A stretch of DNA of 43,243 nucleotides from Octopus bimaculoides (Eukaryota), in assembly GCF_001194135.2 (NCBI RefSeq), contig NC_068984.1, positions 57,839,494 through 57,882,736 of the forward strand, in the 5' to 3' direction. Of the stretch, positions 1-11,416 are shown piece after piece. How positions within the stretch are numbered: the stretch's first letter is position 1; every line of letters starts with the position of its first letter. The notes below the pieces were generated by a model. It was given only the letters and a program-made list of their open reading frames with translations. It made no database searches and was not told the DNA's origin. Made by a program: the position numbers and the translations under genes.

Positions 1-65
1 AAGACCTATTTGTATATGCTCCACAAGGGAAAACAAGGAACATAGTTTACAACGAGGTGTTATAA
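1..65 (+). mobile_element. Helitron PIF1-helicase extreme C-terminus (DLFVYAPQGKTRNIVYNEVL*), cut by window edge
   Basis: Translation ends in the typical Helitron helicase KTxNIVY tail; a Helitron 3' hairpin and CTAG follow at 248-275. Confidence 0.75.
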
Positions 66-184
66 TCACAACAGCAAGAAAGTATGTACATGATCACCTT
101 CTTTTACGAAACTTCATTGACTTTCATATATTTATATTGATATACATATATATATGTGTGTTTGGGTGCGTGTGTGTATATACA

Positions 185-275
185 TCTCTATATATAAAGA
201 TGATGCGTAGTCTAGACGGCGTTTTTAGATTTCATTATTCTCTTTAACCCGGGCAACGCCGGGTATTTCTGCTAG
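185..275 (+). mobile_element. Helitron terminal module / 91-bp mini-Helitron
   Basis: A|TCTCTATATATAAAG at the 5' side; hairpin CCCGG-GCAACG-CCGGG at 248-263; CTAG|T at 272-276. Confidence 0.72.
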
Positions 276-295
276 TATATATATATATATCCTTT

Positions 296-650
296 TATAC
301 TTTTACTTGTTTCAGTCATTTTTGACTGAAACCATGCTGGAACACCACCTTTTTTGGTCAAAGAAATCAAGCCCAGGACTTATTCTTTGTAACCCTAGTG
401 CTTGTTTTATCAGTCTTTTTCAATAAACCACTAAGTTACGGGTACTTGAACACACCAACATTGGTTGTCAAGTAATGGTGGGAGGACAAACATAGACACA
501 AAGACACACACACACACACACATATGACAGGCTTCTTTCAGTTTCTTCCGTCTACTACGAAATTTGAACTCAGAATGTAATGGCAGATGAAATACCGCTA
601 AGCATTTCGCCCGGTGTGCTAACGATTCTGCCAGTTCGCCGCCCTTATAC
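296..650 (-). repeat. tRNA-derived SINE with internal (CA)n
   Basis: Head ggcggcgaactggcagaatcgttagcac..gagttcaaattc; tail similar to the copy at 33170-33350. Confidence 0.75.
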
Positions 651-1217
651 ATACATATATATATATATGGTGGGTGTACATGTACATATATATGAGTATG
701 TGGTTGTGTCTCCGTGTCTTGACATCACACAGTGGTCGTAAATGAACATCACCAACATTCAAGTGGTGTCATTCATTTCCAGTTCTCCATTAAAACATTT
801 TCTGGCGTTGGGAAATTTTGCTCTGCTTAGAGACAGGTGAAAGTTGGTGACAGAAAGGGCAGCCAGTTGTAGAAAATTTACCTCATTGAATTCTGTCTGA
901 CCAATGTGAGTATGGAAAAGTAGATGTTAAAATGACAACAATAAGATTATAATTTTTCAGTATGTCAATATCATTTTTAGACATGAAGTGATTTTTTAAA
1001 ATATATACATCTATACATAGTTTTAATTGGTTTGATCTCTACCATCACATGTCATATTCCTGGATGTGTACATCTTGATTTCAATGTAGGAGCTGTTATT
1101 TTTCTAAATTAAGATTATTAACACACTCGTGAACTAGCTACTGATATATTGATAGACATTTAACTGATTTGGTGGATTTCCCCCACCAAAAAAAAAAATG
1201 AATGTAAAGGTACTTAC

Positions 1218-1276
1218 TAAAAAATAAGATGATGCTTTAACAGTGAAATTTTCAGGAAGACTAAGACCAAGAACAG
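1218..1276 (-). CDS. IPO13: IPO13 exon (last in window): (A)VLGLSLPENFTVKASSYFL
   Basis: attttcag acceptor, GTAAGT donor, 59 nt; resembles AVLALKFPEAPTVKASCGFF. Confidence 0.92.
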
Positions 1277-1721
1277 CTGAAAATATATGAAGAATAGTCA
1301 ATTTAAAAATAAAATTATAAATTATGTCAAATAAATATGAATAATAAAAAATAACCTTTGAATGTATTCAGGTACAAATTCATGATTTATATTATAATCT
1401 ATAGTTGAAACTGCCATTACAAATTATATTTGCATCCAGCCATAGAAACCATGCCAAATCAGATGGGAATCTGGTGCAGCTTACCAGTTTCAGTCAAACT
1501 GTCCAACCCATGCCAGCATAGAAAGTAGAAGCTAAATGTTGATGATGGCATTTAGTAGCTCAAAGTTGGTTTCTTTTGCTTTTTTCTTCACATTTTTCCC
1601 AAGTTAATATGAGTGTGTTGGCTTCTGAAAAACTTTGACAGTTGCAAGTTGTTTAAGCAAGTATTTTTTTTTTATCTTAGATGTTGTTCTTATCATTAAT
1701 CCATATATGGACAAGAAGTGA

Positions 1722-1900
1722 GGGCACATGGCCCAGTGGTTAAGATGTTGCACTCACTATCACAAGATTATGATTTCAGTTCCAAGACCAGCAGTGCATG
1801 GTGTTTTTGAGTGGAACACTTCAATTCACATTGGTCCAGTCCACTCAGCTGTAAATGGGTAACCCTGCAACAGATTGGTGTTCTGCTCAGTTGATAGGGT
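1722..1900 (+). repeat. tRNA-derived SINE, partial (family of 33937-34274)
   Basis: A-box-like TGGCCCAGTGGTTA; body ccagtccactcagctgtaaatg similar to the full copy. Confidence 0.6.
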
Positions 1901-2164
1901 GGCATCATTAAAAAGTTACAACAATGTAAGGGTGTTATGACCAGCAGTGTATAACAACACCTGATAGTCAAGTCGATACAATGATATGGACAAGGAGTTG
2001 ACAATAAAGTCAGATAGGTTGACTCAAGCAGCAAGTCAATGGGTTTCTCCAAAATCACTTTGTACTCTGTGAAATCAGCTTCAATACAGTGTAAAAATTA
2101 TATATATAATAAAAATATGTATTATTATAATAATAATATATAATTTTTAAATTCTATTCTTTCT

Positions 2165-2372
2165 GCTATAGACACAAGGCCTGAAATTTTGGGGAGGGAG
2201 ATAGTTGATTACATCGACTCCAGTACTCAGCTGGTACTTATTTTACCGACCCCCAAAAGGATGAAAGCAAAGTCAACCTTGGTGGAATTTGAACTCAGAA
2301 CATGAAGACAGACAAAATACTGCCAAGCATTTCACTGGATGTGCTAACAATTCTGCCAGCTTGCTGCCTGAT
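2165..2372 (-). repeat. tRNA-derived SINE
   Basis: Reverse complement of the family seen at 20535-20750 (ctgagttcaaattccaccaaggttgactttgctttcatcc). Confidence 0.75.
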
Positions 2373-2546
2373 TTTTTTTTTTTTTTTTTTTTTTTTCCTT
2401 CAAAAAAATCTCAAACTTTCATGAACTAAGTAAAGTACAAGTAGGATTATAATGGCAAACTGTTGTACATGCACTGTATGGATTTTATTGCTTATTCCTC
2501 CATAAGTAATATTAACTTTCGTAATAATTTCAATAAGATTATTTAC

Positions 2547-2616
2547 CTGTTTGAAATAGACTGTCAATGTCAAAATTTCCTTGTTCACAAATCAAATGAC
2601 GAGACTTTTTGATTAC
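2547..2616 (-). CDS. IPO13: IPO13 exon: VIKKSRHLICEQGNFDIDSLFQT(A)
   Basis: cattttag acceptor, GTAAAT donor, 70 nt; resembles ALKRKPDLF..LDVKAVFQC. Confidence 0.88.
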
Positions 2617-3211
2617 CTAAAATGAAATAAAACAAAATACGAGATGAAAAAGTATGTTATAATAGTTGACAAAAATCTGCCTATTGCTTTTTGAGACAGT
2701 TAACATTTTTGAGAATTAAATGGGAAATTAATTGAGGTTTCTCTTCTACTTCAACTTTCTGTCCAAAACTAAAAGTCAGATGGAATGAGTCTTGGTATGT
2801 ATTTCTTTGTACATTATGTATTCAAAAACATACTTAATCTTGCTGTAAAGACTGATTCTGGTTAAAGATATTTTTACTTTTATACTGGGCCTGAAGGCAT
2901 TCTAAACAAACACAAATGTAATAGTCTGATTTATAATCACATGCTCTCATTGACTTAGATTTTAAATAAAAACAACTGTCACAACAAGACTGAGAATATT
3001 TACATATATAAAATAAATTACATCACATGCAGTATGGTAAAAGGTATCGCTAACTTAAGTTCTTGTCAAACTATTACCAAATTCAAAATAAACAGGTGTC
3101 TTGTCTAAATTCAAAAAAGCATGTGAATCAAGAATATTAAGCTTGATAAGAGTATCAGTAAATTTATACTTTTAGATTATGATAGTCAACACACAGAAAT
3201 GGCTGTGTGGC

Positions 3212-3339
3212 TAAGAAGTTTGCTTTCCAACCACATGATTTCAAGCTCATTTCTGTACAGCATCTTGGGCAAGTGTCTTCAACTGTCATCAACCAATGCC
3301 TTGAGAGTGAATGTGTTAAGTGCTAAGTATATTAAACCC

Positions 3340-3400
<61 letters not shown>

Positions 3401-3430
3401 GGTTTAATAATATACTTAGCACAACATGTG
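3212..3430 (+). repeat. SINE (ggctgtgtgg..ttgggcaagtgtctt family) with inserted (TA)n
   Basis: Similar to the head of the copy at 32919-33070. Confidence 0.6.
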
Positions 3431-3680
3431 ATGTTCTTCTAGCACATTAAATGTCCACTTTAGTGGTCATCGTTATATATAAAAATATACTTTAATCCCC
3501 TAAGATCTCAGATATTTTTTCTGAATCTCTCTGATTCTTTCAATGTGCTAGCTTCCTGGTAATAAATCGATATTAATTAATATCTGATTTTTTACCCTAT
3601 GTTTTAATATATATATATATATATATAACAACACAAAGAAAATGGTGAAAGTGTACACAGAATAATCAATATATTTATTA

Positions 3681-4705
3681 CTAGCAGAGATAACCAGCAT
3701 TGCTCAGGATTAAAATAGCATAGCTTTTTATTGTTTTCCTTGTCATGTGATTGCAGACCCCATGATTTATTCTTTGTAAACCTAGTACTTATTCTATCGG
3801 TGTTTTGCTAAACGGCTAAGTTTTGGGGGCATAAACACAGCAACAATAAATTATCCTTATTGAGGAGAAACAGTCAAAAGTAACCACCACATAGAATCAC
3901 CAAACGTCTCCACTACTTAACACCGTCCAAGTTAACTCTCTTCACCTTTACAGCTGACATGAAAAGCAATGCGAAAAAGAGAAAAAAACTGATTGCTATT
4001 AAAACGCCTCAAATTTTGGGGTTAATAATCTTAACCTTTAGTTACAGTTTCTCATTCAAACTACATAATAGGCAGAATTGTCAGATTAAGACAGTAGGGT
4101 GTTTTGAGGGAGATTTGGCTGCTATTTCTACCAGGTCTAACTACCATGTAGGGGTCTCCCTCATTGGCTCATACATACATATATTCATAAAATCGAAATA
4201 AAATACTTAAAGTAACAGTCGTCAGATACAAAAGCCAAGGTCCATGCAGTGTCATGGGCCAAAAAAATTTCCAGTTTCTTGCCTAATGTGAGCCCAGAGC
4301 AATCTCTTATATCTTACACTATTTCAGTATTATGTCTCTATTGTAATGTGAGATATTACTTTCAATTTGAAAGAAGTCTGTCCTATATATATTCCTTATG
4401 CATTCCAAAACCGAGTTACAGATATTGACGTATGGGGTATCAAAAGATTCAGTGTACTATTTCAGCTACAAATTAAACTTAATTTCCATTCACATATTTG
4501 CATTTCAAAAATTTAACATTATCATCTTTTCCATAAATCAACTATCGTAAACATGTTATACAATGACGTCACATTTTCTATATGTGTGTGTACGCTAAGA
4601 GACATCAATCATCATGACACACACCTTCACTCACTCACTCTATCTCTCTTTTTTCACTCTCTTTCTCTCTCTCACATGTCCATGCGCTTGTCCATTTTAT
4701 ATAGA
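3681..4705 (-). mobile_element. Candidate non-autonomous Helitron (~1 kb)
   Basis: Minus strand starts A|TCTATATAAAATG at 4705 and ends with a decayed hairpin cctgagcaatgctgg plus ctctgCTAG|T at 3681; no coding capacity seen; continuity between the ends is inferred. Confidence 0.55.
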
Positions 4706-5022
4706 TGTACATAGATCTTTCACTTAATTTTCCTGTTCTTTTCGCTTTCTCGTCTTTCAATTTCTGCTCCCTTCAAATAAATTTTTACGGAATGAGCGGG
4801 AGAAACACAGAAATGACGTAATCTTTCCAGAAACAAGTAAGGAGAATTGTAGAAAAAGTCCCACAAGCAAGGAGAATTGTAGAAAACTGAAGGCAAGAGT
4901 CTGAAGAGTGATGAGTTTTTCTCAAGATCAGCAAATGCATGTTGCAGCACTTAATGCTGAATCATTAAATCAATGTTTTAATAATTAGACAAATTTATGA
5001 AGAATCCAAATCTAAATATGGC

Positions 5023-5915
5023 TTGTCTTTCCACAAATACCTGTTGGAGAATTGGAAATGCTACTTGGATGATTGCCTCATTCTATGGTCCCACACACTT
5101 GACCAACTCATTGATTTTAAAAACTTAATCAACAGTGTCAACAACCATATCCAATTTACAATGGCATATAGTCAAGACCAACTTCCTTTTCTTGACATTC
5201 TTATTATAAAAAAAGGCACCAACATTGAAACCGATATCCACTACAAACCAACTGATTCCAAACAATACCTTCTGTTCACCTCCAATCACCCAAAGCACAT
5301 GAAGACAAACATCCCCTTCAACCTAGCAAGAAGAATTTGTACAATTGTCTCAAATTAAAGAACACGAAATAAAAGACTCCAAGAAGTAAAGGCAATTCTT
5401 CTCGAAAGACATTACCCAACATCATTAGTTGACAATGGAATAGAATGGGCCAAAACAACCCTAACCCTAACCCAAGACTTACGAAAACTGAAACACACTC
5501 ACAGTACATTAAATAGTCTCCCATATCTCTCAACACACAATCCAAGAAATGCAGAATCTTACACAATTATATACAAGAACATCCCACACATCCCACAGCT
5601 GAGTCAAGAACCACACCTAAAAAAAAGTACTCGCAACCCATAAAATAATAAAAAGCAAAAGACAACCCAAATCCCTAAAAAACCTACTCACCAATGCAAA
5701 ATTACTCAACACAAACCCACCACCCACCATCAAAAAGTATGGTCGTTCCAACTGCAGGATTGCATCCACCTCATTGAAGGAACAATATACAATTCCAGTT
5801 AGGACACACTTTTGTTGTAAAAAATAACTTCACCTGTGCATCAAAGAATTTACTTTATGTCATAAGGTGTGAAGGGTGCCACAAAGATTACAGAGGGCAA
5901 GCGAGCCTTACCCTC
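5023..5915 (+). mobile_element. Penelope-like retroelement fragment (RT C-terminal half plus GIY-YIG endonuclease), decayed
   Basis: CYLDDC, LPFLDI and HYKPTDSKQYL..SNHP..IPFNLARRI in ORF 5023..5358; NNFTCASKNLLYVIRCEGCHKDYRGQ at ~5823-5900; stops and frameshifts. Confidence 0.88.
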
Positions 5916-5926
5916 AAAGAAATGAT

Positions 5927-6170
5927 GTGTCCATAGCTTAAACCGGGTACATCATATGGACTTTTCACCCATACCTTTTCTACAGATCGAGCAGGGCCAT
6001 CTGCCTGAAGGGGTTTGTGATTTGTCAGCCTTCCTACTTACTAAGACTTTGGTTTTTGCTAGGTTAACCCTAAGGCCCTTCGATTCTAGGCCTTGCTTCC
6101 AAACCTCATCTCTAGTTCTGGCAGTGACTTGACTATTAGAGCAAGGTCATCAGCATAGAAGAGCTCCCAG
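5927..6170 (-). mobile_element. RTE-clade LINE RT fragment
   Basis: Clearly similar to 31485-31735 (ccatagctta..ttcctacttactaagactttggtttttgctagg..gcaaggtcatcagcatagaagagc). Confidence 0.8.
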
Positions 6171-6368
6171 ATCGAAATATGTGACAACTATAGTGATCAC
6201 TTGAATTTCAAGAATGTAAGGTACTAATTATCAGAGAAGAACCAACTGATAAGCACTAGTACATATGCACATATGGAATTTCCAGTATCATTAATTGATA
6301 TGGAGTTAAACTGGTGTACACTTAGATAAATATCCTTAGGAAAGAACAACCTCTTTCCACACAGTCTT

Positions 6369-6407
<39 letters not shown>

Positions 6408-6635
6408 GAGAGAGAGAGAGAGGTTATGAGAGGTAATGGTGTCAATAAGACCCAAAGGTGTCAGGTAATGCTGAGTAAGTGCTATGGATAGACCATAAAT
6501 GCTTAACCATTTTCTCACACCGTCTCCGATGAAGGGATATAATAAATATCTTGGATACAGCTGTAAGACCTATTTATAAATGTTCTAAAATCTTCACAGC
6601 CTTAGTTTTTTATCTCATCCTGAAAAAATGTTTTT

Positions 6636-6668
<33 letters not shown>

Positions 6669-6773
6669 ATATAGATTTAATCAATAGATTAAATGTGGTA
6701 CTTAAAATGTTTGAGGCACCAGAATTTGGTAGGGTAAAAACCAAAAACACAATCAAGAGATTTGGTGAATAAA

Positions 6774-6969
6774 ATTTGAAAAAAAGCAACAAATATTCAA
6801 TAGGTTATAGCAGTACGTACGTTTCGTACAAACTTCATTTATTCATGTAGTGAGAACACTACATAAAATGCACATTTTATGTAGTGTTCTCACTACATGA
6901 ATAAATGAAGTTTGTACGAAACGTACGTACTGCTATAACCTATTGAATTTTTGTTGCTTTTCTTCAAAT
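6774..6969. repeat. Near-perfect ~196-bp palindrome
   Basis: 6795-6870 is the exact reverse complement of 6873-6948 (76 bp, 2-nt spacer); arms extend to 6774/6969 with 2 mismatches. Confidence 0.95.
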
Positions 6970-7501
6970 CGTTTAACGTCCGCTTTCCATGCTAGCATGG
7001 GTTGGACATACACACACACACATACACATGTACGTGTGTGTGCAAATAAGCATAAATATTGATATTTCACTTATCAGGCAAAGTAGTGTGATGTTAGCAT
7101 TATCATCAGTCATTTTGCATTTAAATAAAAATCCCTTATCTAAAATACAGGTGAGGGTTAGTAACAGGAAGAGCATCTGACTGTAAAATCCATCCTCAAA
7201 ACCAATTCCCATTTAAGCCTTGCTTGCATGGAAAATCAGACATTAAACAAATGATGTTCATGACTTCAAACTTCAATCATCTTAAATTCCAATCTAAAAT
7301 AATCTTCACAGCAATATTGAATATGTTTCATAAGATAAACAACTTTGTTTCATGTCATTTTCTCTGAGTAGAAATTATTTATGAGTTGCTAACTACACTA
7401 AATGAGATATATATTACATTTTACATATTGATTAATATATTTTCAGTTTAGTATTTCTAAATAAAAAATTTCAATTATAAATATCTGTAAAAATAAATTA
7501 C

Positions 7502-7554
7502 CTGAGCCCAAAGATTCATAAGACCTTCAACAATATCAGTATGTTCTCGAAATT
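7502..7554 (-). CDS. IPO13: IPO13 exon: (E)FREHTDIVEGLMNLWAQ
   Basis: gttttcag acceptor, GTAATT donor, 53 nt; resembles PRDHPDIVDSFMQLLAQ. Confidence 0.93.
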
Positions 7555-8059
7555 CTGAAAACAATTCTCAGTAATTACATTTTAAGCTAAAAATGGAACA
7601 TCACATTTGACATACAGTAATTTTTGCCTCAAAAATGCTACATTTTTTAAATATGTAAAAATTGTTTTGCTCTTAACATTTATAGTGCCAAGATATTTGA
7701 ACTGAATATACTAACTCTCATTAATCCCAAGCATTTAGTCTGTGGTCATTTTTCTTATGTAACAATATAATATTAGCTTATAACAGTTTTCAGAGTAACC
7801 TTCTTCTTATATGGCTCTGAAAGTTAAGGAAAAGAGGAATCCACTCACAAACAGATGCTACTTAATCAGAATAATTTTTCCCTTAAATTTTCTTTGTTAA
7901 TATAGAAAAATGAATTTTTGTTACAATATATTTGTCAGCAATTTCGGAAATAATTAAATAAATTAAAATCTTATTAGAGAAAACATCTTTCCATTTAAAG
8001 AGTTACTTAAATGCAACTGAATAAATTATATTGAAGACAAAACAACAAATTGTACTTAC

Positions 8060-8156
8060 CAATTTGCAATAGTGCCAGACTTTGAGAAGTGAGAACTGCT
8101 AAAAGTTCTTTGACTGAAGATTTGAGACTTTCATTATGATGGAACATTAAAATTAT
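8060..8156 (-). CDS. IPO13: IPO13 exon: IILMFHHNESLKSSVKELLAVLTSQSLALLQI(E)
   Basis: ctgttgtag acceptor, GTAAGT donor, 97 nt, phase fits. Confidence 0.88.
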
Positions 8157-8619
8157 CTACAACAGAAATAAACAAAATAAGCTACATTTTAAAATGTGTC
8201 CAATCATGAGCAAACTGTGAATAAAAATTCAGGCAAAAGATGCAAACTTGAGGAAGAAAAAAGGCCTCAACTTTTAGTCCAGGATTTATTTACATTTTCA
8301 TAAGATATCTTCCATTAGTTTTCACTTCTTTTAAATAATAGCAGATGCATTAGCTTATTCTATCCATCTTGGCCACACCATTATTAAATGGGTGGTGCAC
8401 ATTTTAAGAACCATGGTGATGTAGTTGTGGGATATTTTTCAACTAAATAAATAATTCTATTACATCAAACATTCAGATAAAAGTAAAATAAATAAATATT
8501 TAATTGATACATTATCTAGATTCCATCACGTGAATGTATCTGCAAAACTAAATTAACAATATTTAAACAAATTTACATAAGAAAGTTGTTAATATGAATG
8601 GAACTACACAAACACTTAC

Positions 8620-8757
8620 ATGTTTTGCCAAGCTAAGGATGCAAGAATGAGGGAAAGTGTGGCATATGTGAATTAATATCTGGAATGTGTCTTGTGCTAT
8701 TGGAGCAAATCCATCCATGAGAACTCTAAGTGCTTTCCTAAATAATTCACAGATTGC
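8620..8757 (-). CDS. IPO13: IPO13 exon: AICELFRKALRVLMDGFAPIAQDTFQILIHICHTFPHSCILSLAKH
   Basis: ctatttcag acceptor, GTAAGT donor, 138 nt; resembles AVCAIFEKSVKTLLDDFAP. Confidence 0.93.
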
Positions 8758-8834
8758 CTGAAATAGAAACAGAAAGCAGCAAATTGATGATTAAATTCAT
8801 TTACAAAATTTTACTAAATGAATTCTAACAATAA

Positions 8835-9020
8835 ACATGAACCGGAACTCTTTAGCATTCAGATGCTTATTTATTCACATTGTTGTGAATTAATCATTAC
8901 CTTGGAGCTTTAAGGCTTTGATGCTGTGATTGTTTATTTTTAGAATGACATTGTAAGGTAGGTGTAAGAAATCAGATATAGCCAATTTGAACTTAAAACA
9001 TGAAGAATATTTGGGCTGTT
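8835..9020 (+). mobile_element. Degenerate piggyBac-type MITE copy
   Basis: ctttagcattcaga..ttattcacattg..agaatgacattgtaaggt..agaatatttgggc matches 20300-20515. Confidence 0.6.
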
Positions 9021-9223
9021 GTTATTTTTCTTTCTTTTCTGGATAGATAACTTTAAATATTGTATTAAACTTCAGCTGTTAATTCTCCACTATTTTGTTT
9101 TAACTTACCTACTTTTCTAGCTTTATCTTTGTAATATAGTTTCTTTAATTGTAGGAAAAGAAGATTGACTTATTATCTATCTTATATAATGCTTATAAAG
9201 AAAAAAGATACAATATACATTAC

Positions 9224-9304
9224 CTGAATCACAGTGGCATCTGCAATCCATTTTGTTAATATACTTTGCAATATTGGAGCAATATGCTGCATTATAACTA
9301 GAAC
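9224..9304 (-). CDS. IPO13: IPO13 exon: VLVIMQHIAPILQSILTKWIADATVIQ
   Basis: ctctttgtag acceptor, GTAATG donor, 81 nt; resembles VVVVLQQ..LSKWLNDAQVVE. Confidence 0.93.
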
Positions 9305-9880
9305 CTACAAAGAGAACAACAATATTAAAAATAAGTATGATTCTATAATAAATACATTAATAATGGTTTCAAAGTTTGGCATAAGGCCAGAAATATTGGA
9401 GGATGGGCATAAGCTGATTATATTGACCCTAGTGCTCAACTGGGATTTATAATTCAGAAACTGAAAGTGGCTGAGTTATGTACCAGATACAACACAATGG
9501 CTATTGTAATGTTTGAACTCATGGTCAGTAATTTTCTACCTTACTCTTTTCTTGAATTTTTTTTCAATTGCAATATGTTAGCTATTTACTTCATCCTGCA
9601 TGTATCTTTGTACACGTTAATCTTTTTTTATTACTATCTAAATTATATACCGAATGCTATAGAGATTATTTCGTATGAAAATGTAACACAAAAGAGAATC
9701 CATCAAAAGTATGATTTACCCACATCTTTGACAGACTTGAAAGACCATTCTAAGATACTCTGTAATTTATTGATATCATTCAGAAAGCTCAAAATTATTC
9801 AGAAAATATACTACTATATATGATTCAAATTTTATTATTTTACTGATTAACCCATTCAGGAAAACCCTTATGTTGATTTG

Positions 9881-9933
<53 letters not shown>

Positions 9934-11249
9934 TATGTTTAGTCAAAGAGAAGTGGTGGTGCTTCTATGCTAATTTGCCACAATCTATTTGATTCTGACT
10001 GATATATTATTTCTAAATGTTACATCTGGCTGAAATTATAAGGTACTAGCTTACTGGCCAAATTATTAACTTAATATTACTCAACTTTCATTTACCACTC
10101 TGCCTAACTGTAAGTAGTAAAAGATAGTCCACTGTTGTAAGCAGTGAGGGAAATGATATAACTAATGATTGTTAATATGCATCATTATACTAGCTAAAGA
10201 AATGCAATAGAAAGCCATGCCAATATATCCAACCTTAAATCATTAGATAATAAAGCCTTTATCTGATGCTAATTATGCCCTAACCTCATACTGATTCTTG
10301 CTAAGGCATTATCTTTCCATTTGCTCCATTTATCTGATTAGATAATTCTAAATGACACAAGTCAGGGCAATATCTATCAATCATGAAATACTTATAGAAG
10401 AACAATCTTGCCTGACTGGTGTTATCAAACAGAAAGTCAGCCACATATCTGGAAGTGGCTTATCTTCAGAGAAAATATAATTAAGTAAGTACCTAGTGCA
10501 AAGCACAACTGTTATTGTGTAGCTTCAAAAAAAGCTATGCCAAAAGAGACCCAAGATTTGGCAAGAAAGCTGGTACTTTATAATTTCAGCCAACAGTAAT
10601 GAGTATAAAAATGATGTAATAAAGTATATTATCATATTCATTCAAGAACTATTTCTTCATTCATGTATCTATAACGGCTCAAAAAAAAAAAAAGATGGAG
10701 GTGGGGGTGTTTCCTGAATATTAAAAATTATCAAATAATTGAATGTGTCACAATTATCTACTGATTCAGGAAAACTTCATTTCACATCTTCTCAAGTTCA
10801 ATAGAAAGAGTAAACTTTATATTGATTCATTTAACTTTAACTGTTATTCTAAGGAATCAATGTAAGTGTTTTACTGAGGATCTTCTTTTGGGGACCATAA
10901 CAGAATGAGGTCAATACAATTTATGTCTGAGTTCAAATTAATGGCAAGTACATCAAATGTGCTTAGGTAGAGTTCATATACAGTCGGCATGTTCTGAGAT
11001 GCAGGGTTCATTATAGTAGTAGTAGTAGTAGTAGTAGTAGAACAACAGATAGATGGCACAGCAGGGTGGATAATTCAATGGTAAGTGTTTGTGAATATGA
11101 GATAGACTAAAGCAGTCAAACAATATTCCTCTCCTCCAAACACTGGCAGTGTGTCAAGTGCAAAGCAATCAACTTTACTGTACAAAAAATGCTATTAATG
11201 ACAGAAGAAATAGCATGAAACAAATTATTGAGAAATAAGACCTACTTAC

Positions 11250-11396
11250 TGGATTTGGTTGGTTTGATTTTGAATTTTTCTCAGCCTCTTCAGACACACT
11301 CTGTTCAGAGTCAGTTTTCTCAGTATTAATTGTGGAAATTAGCCAACTTAACATATCAAGCTTTTGGTTAATGGCTTCCCATATAGGTTTGGAAGG
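11250..11396 (-). CDS. IPO13: IPO13 exon: PSKPIWEAINQKLDMLSWLISTINTEKTDSEQ...SNQPNP
   Basis: ttattttag acceptor, GTAAGT donor, 147 nt; acidic linker ending QPNP (compare QGPNP). Confidence 0.87.
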
Positions 11397-11416
11397 CTAA
11401 AATAATCAGAATAGTT

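Noticed and set aside
3199-3450. Short ORFs with YIYIYI, HTHTHT, CVCV or DDDD runs, here and throughout the ORF track
   Set aside because: These are translations of microsatellites and SINE/LINE tails, with no splice or homology support.
5457-5473. AACCCTAACCCTAACCC as an interstitial telomere
   Set aside because: Under three units inside a decayed Penelope frame; too short to separate from slippage or chance.
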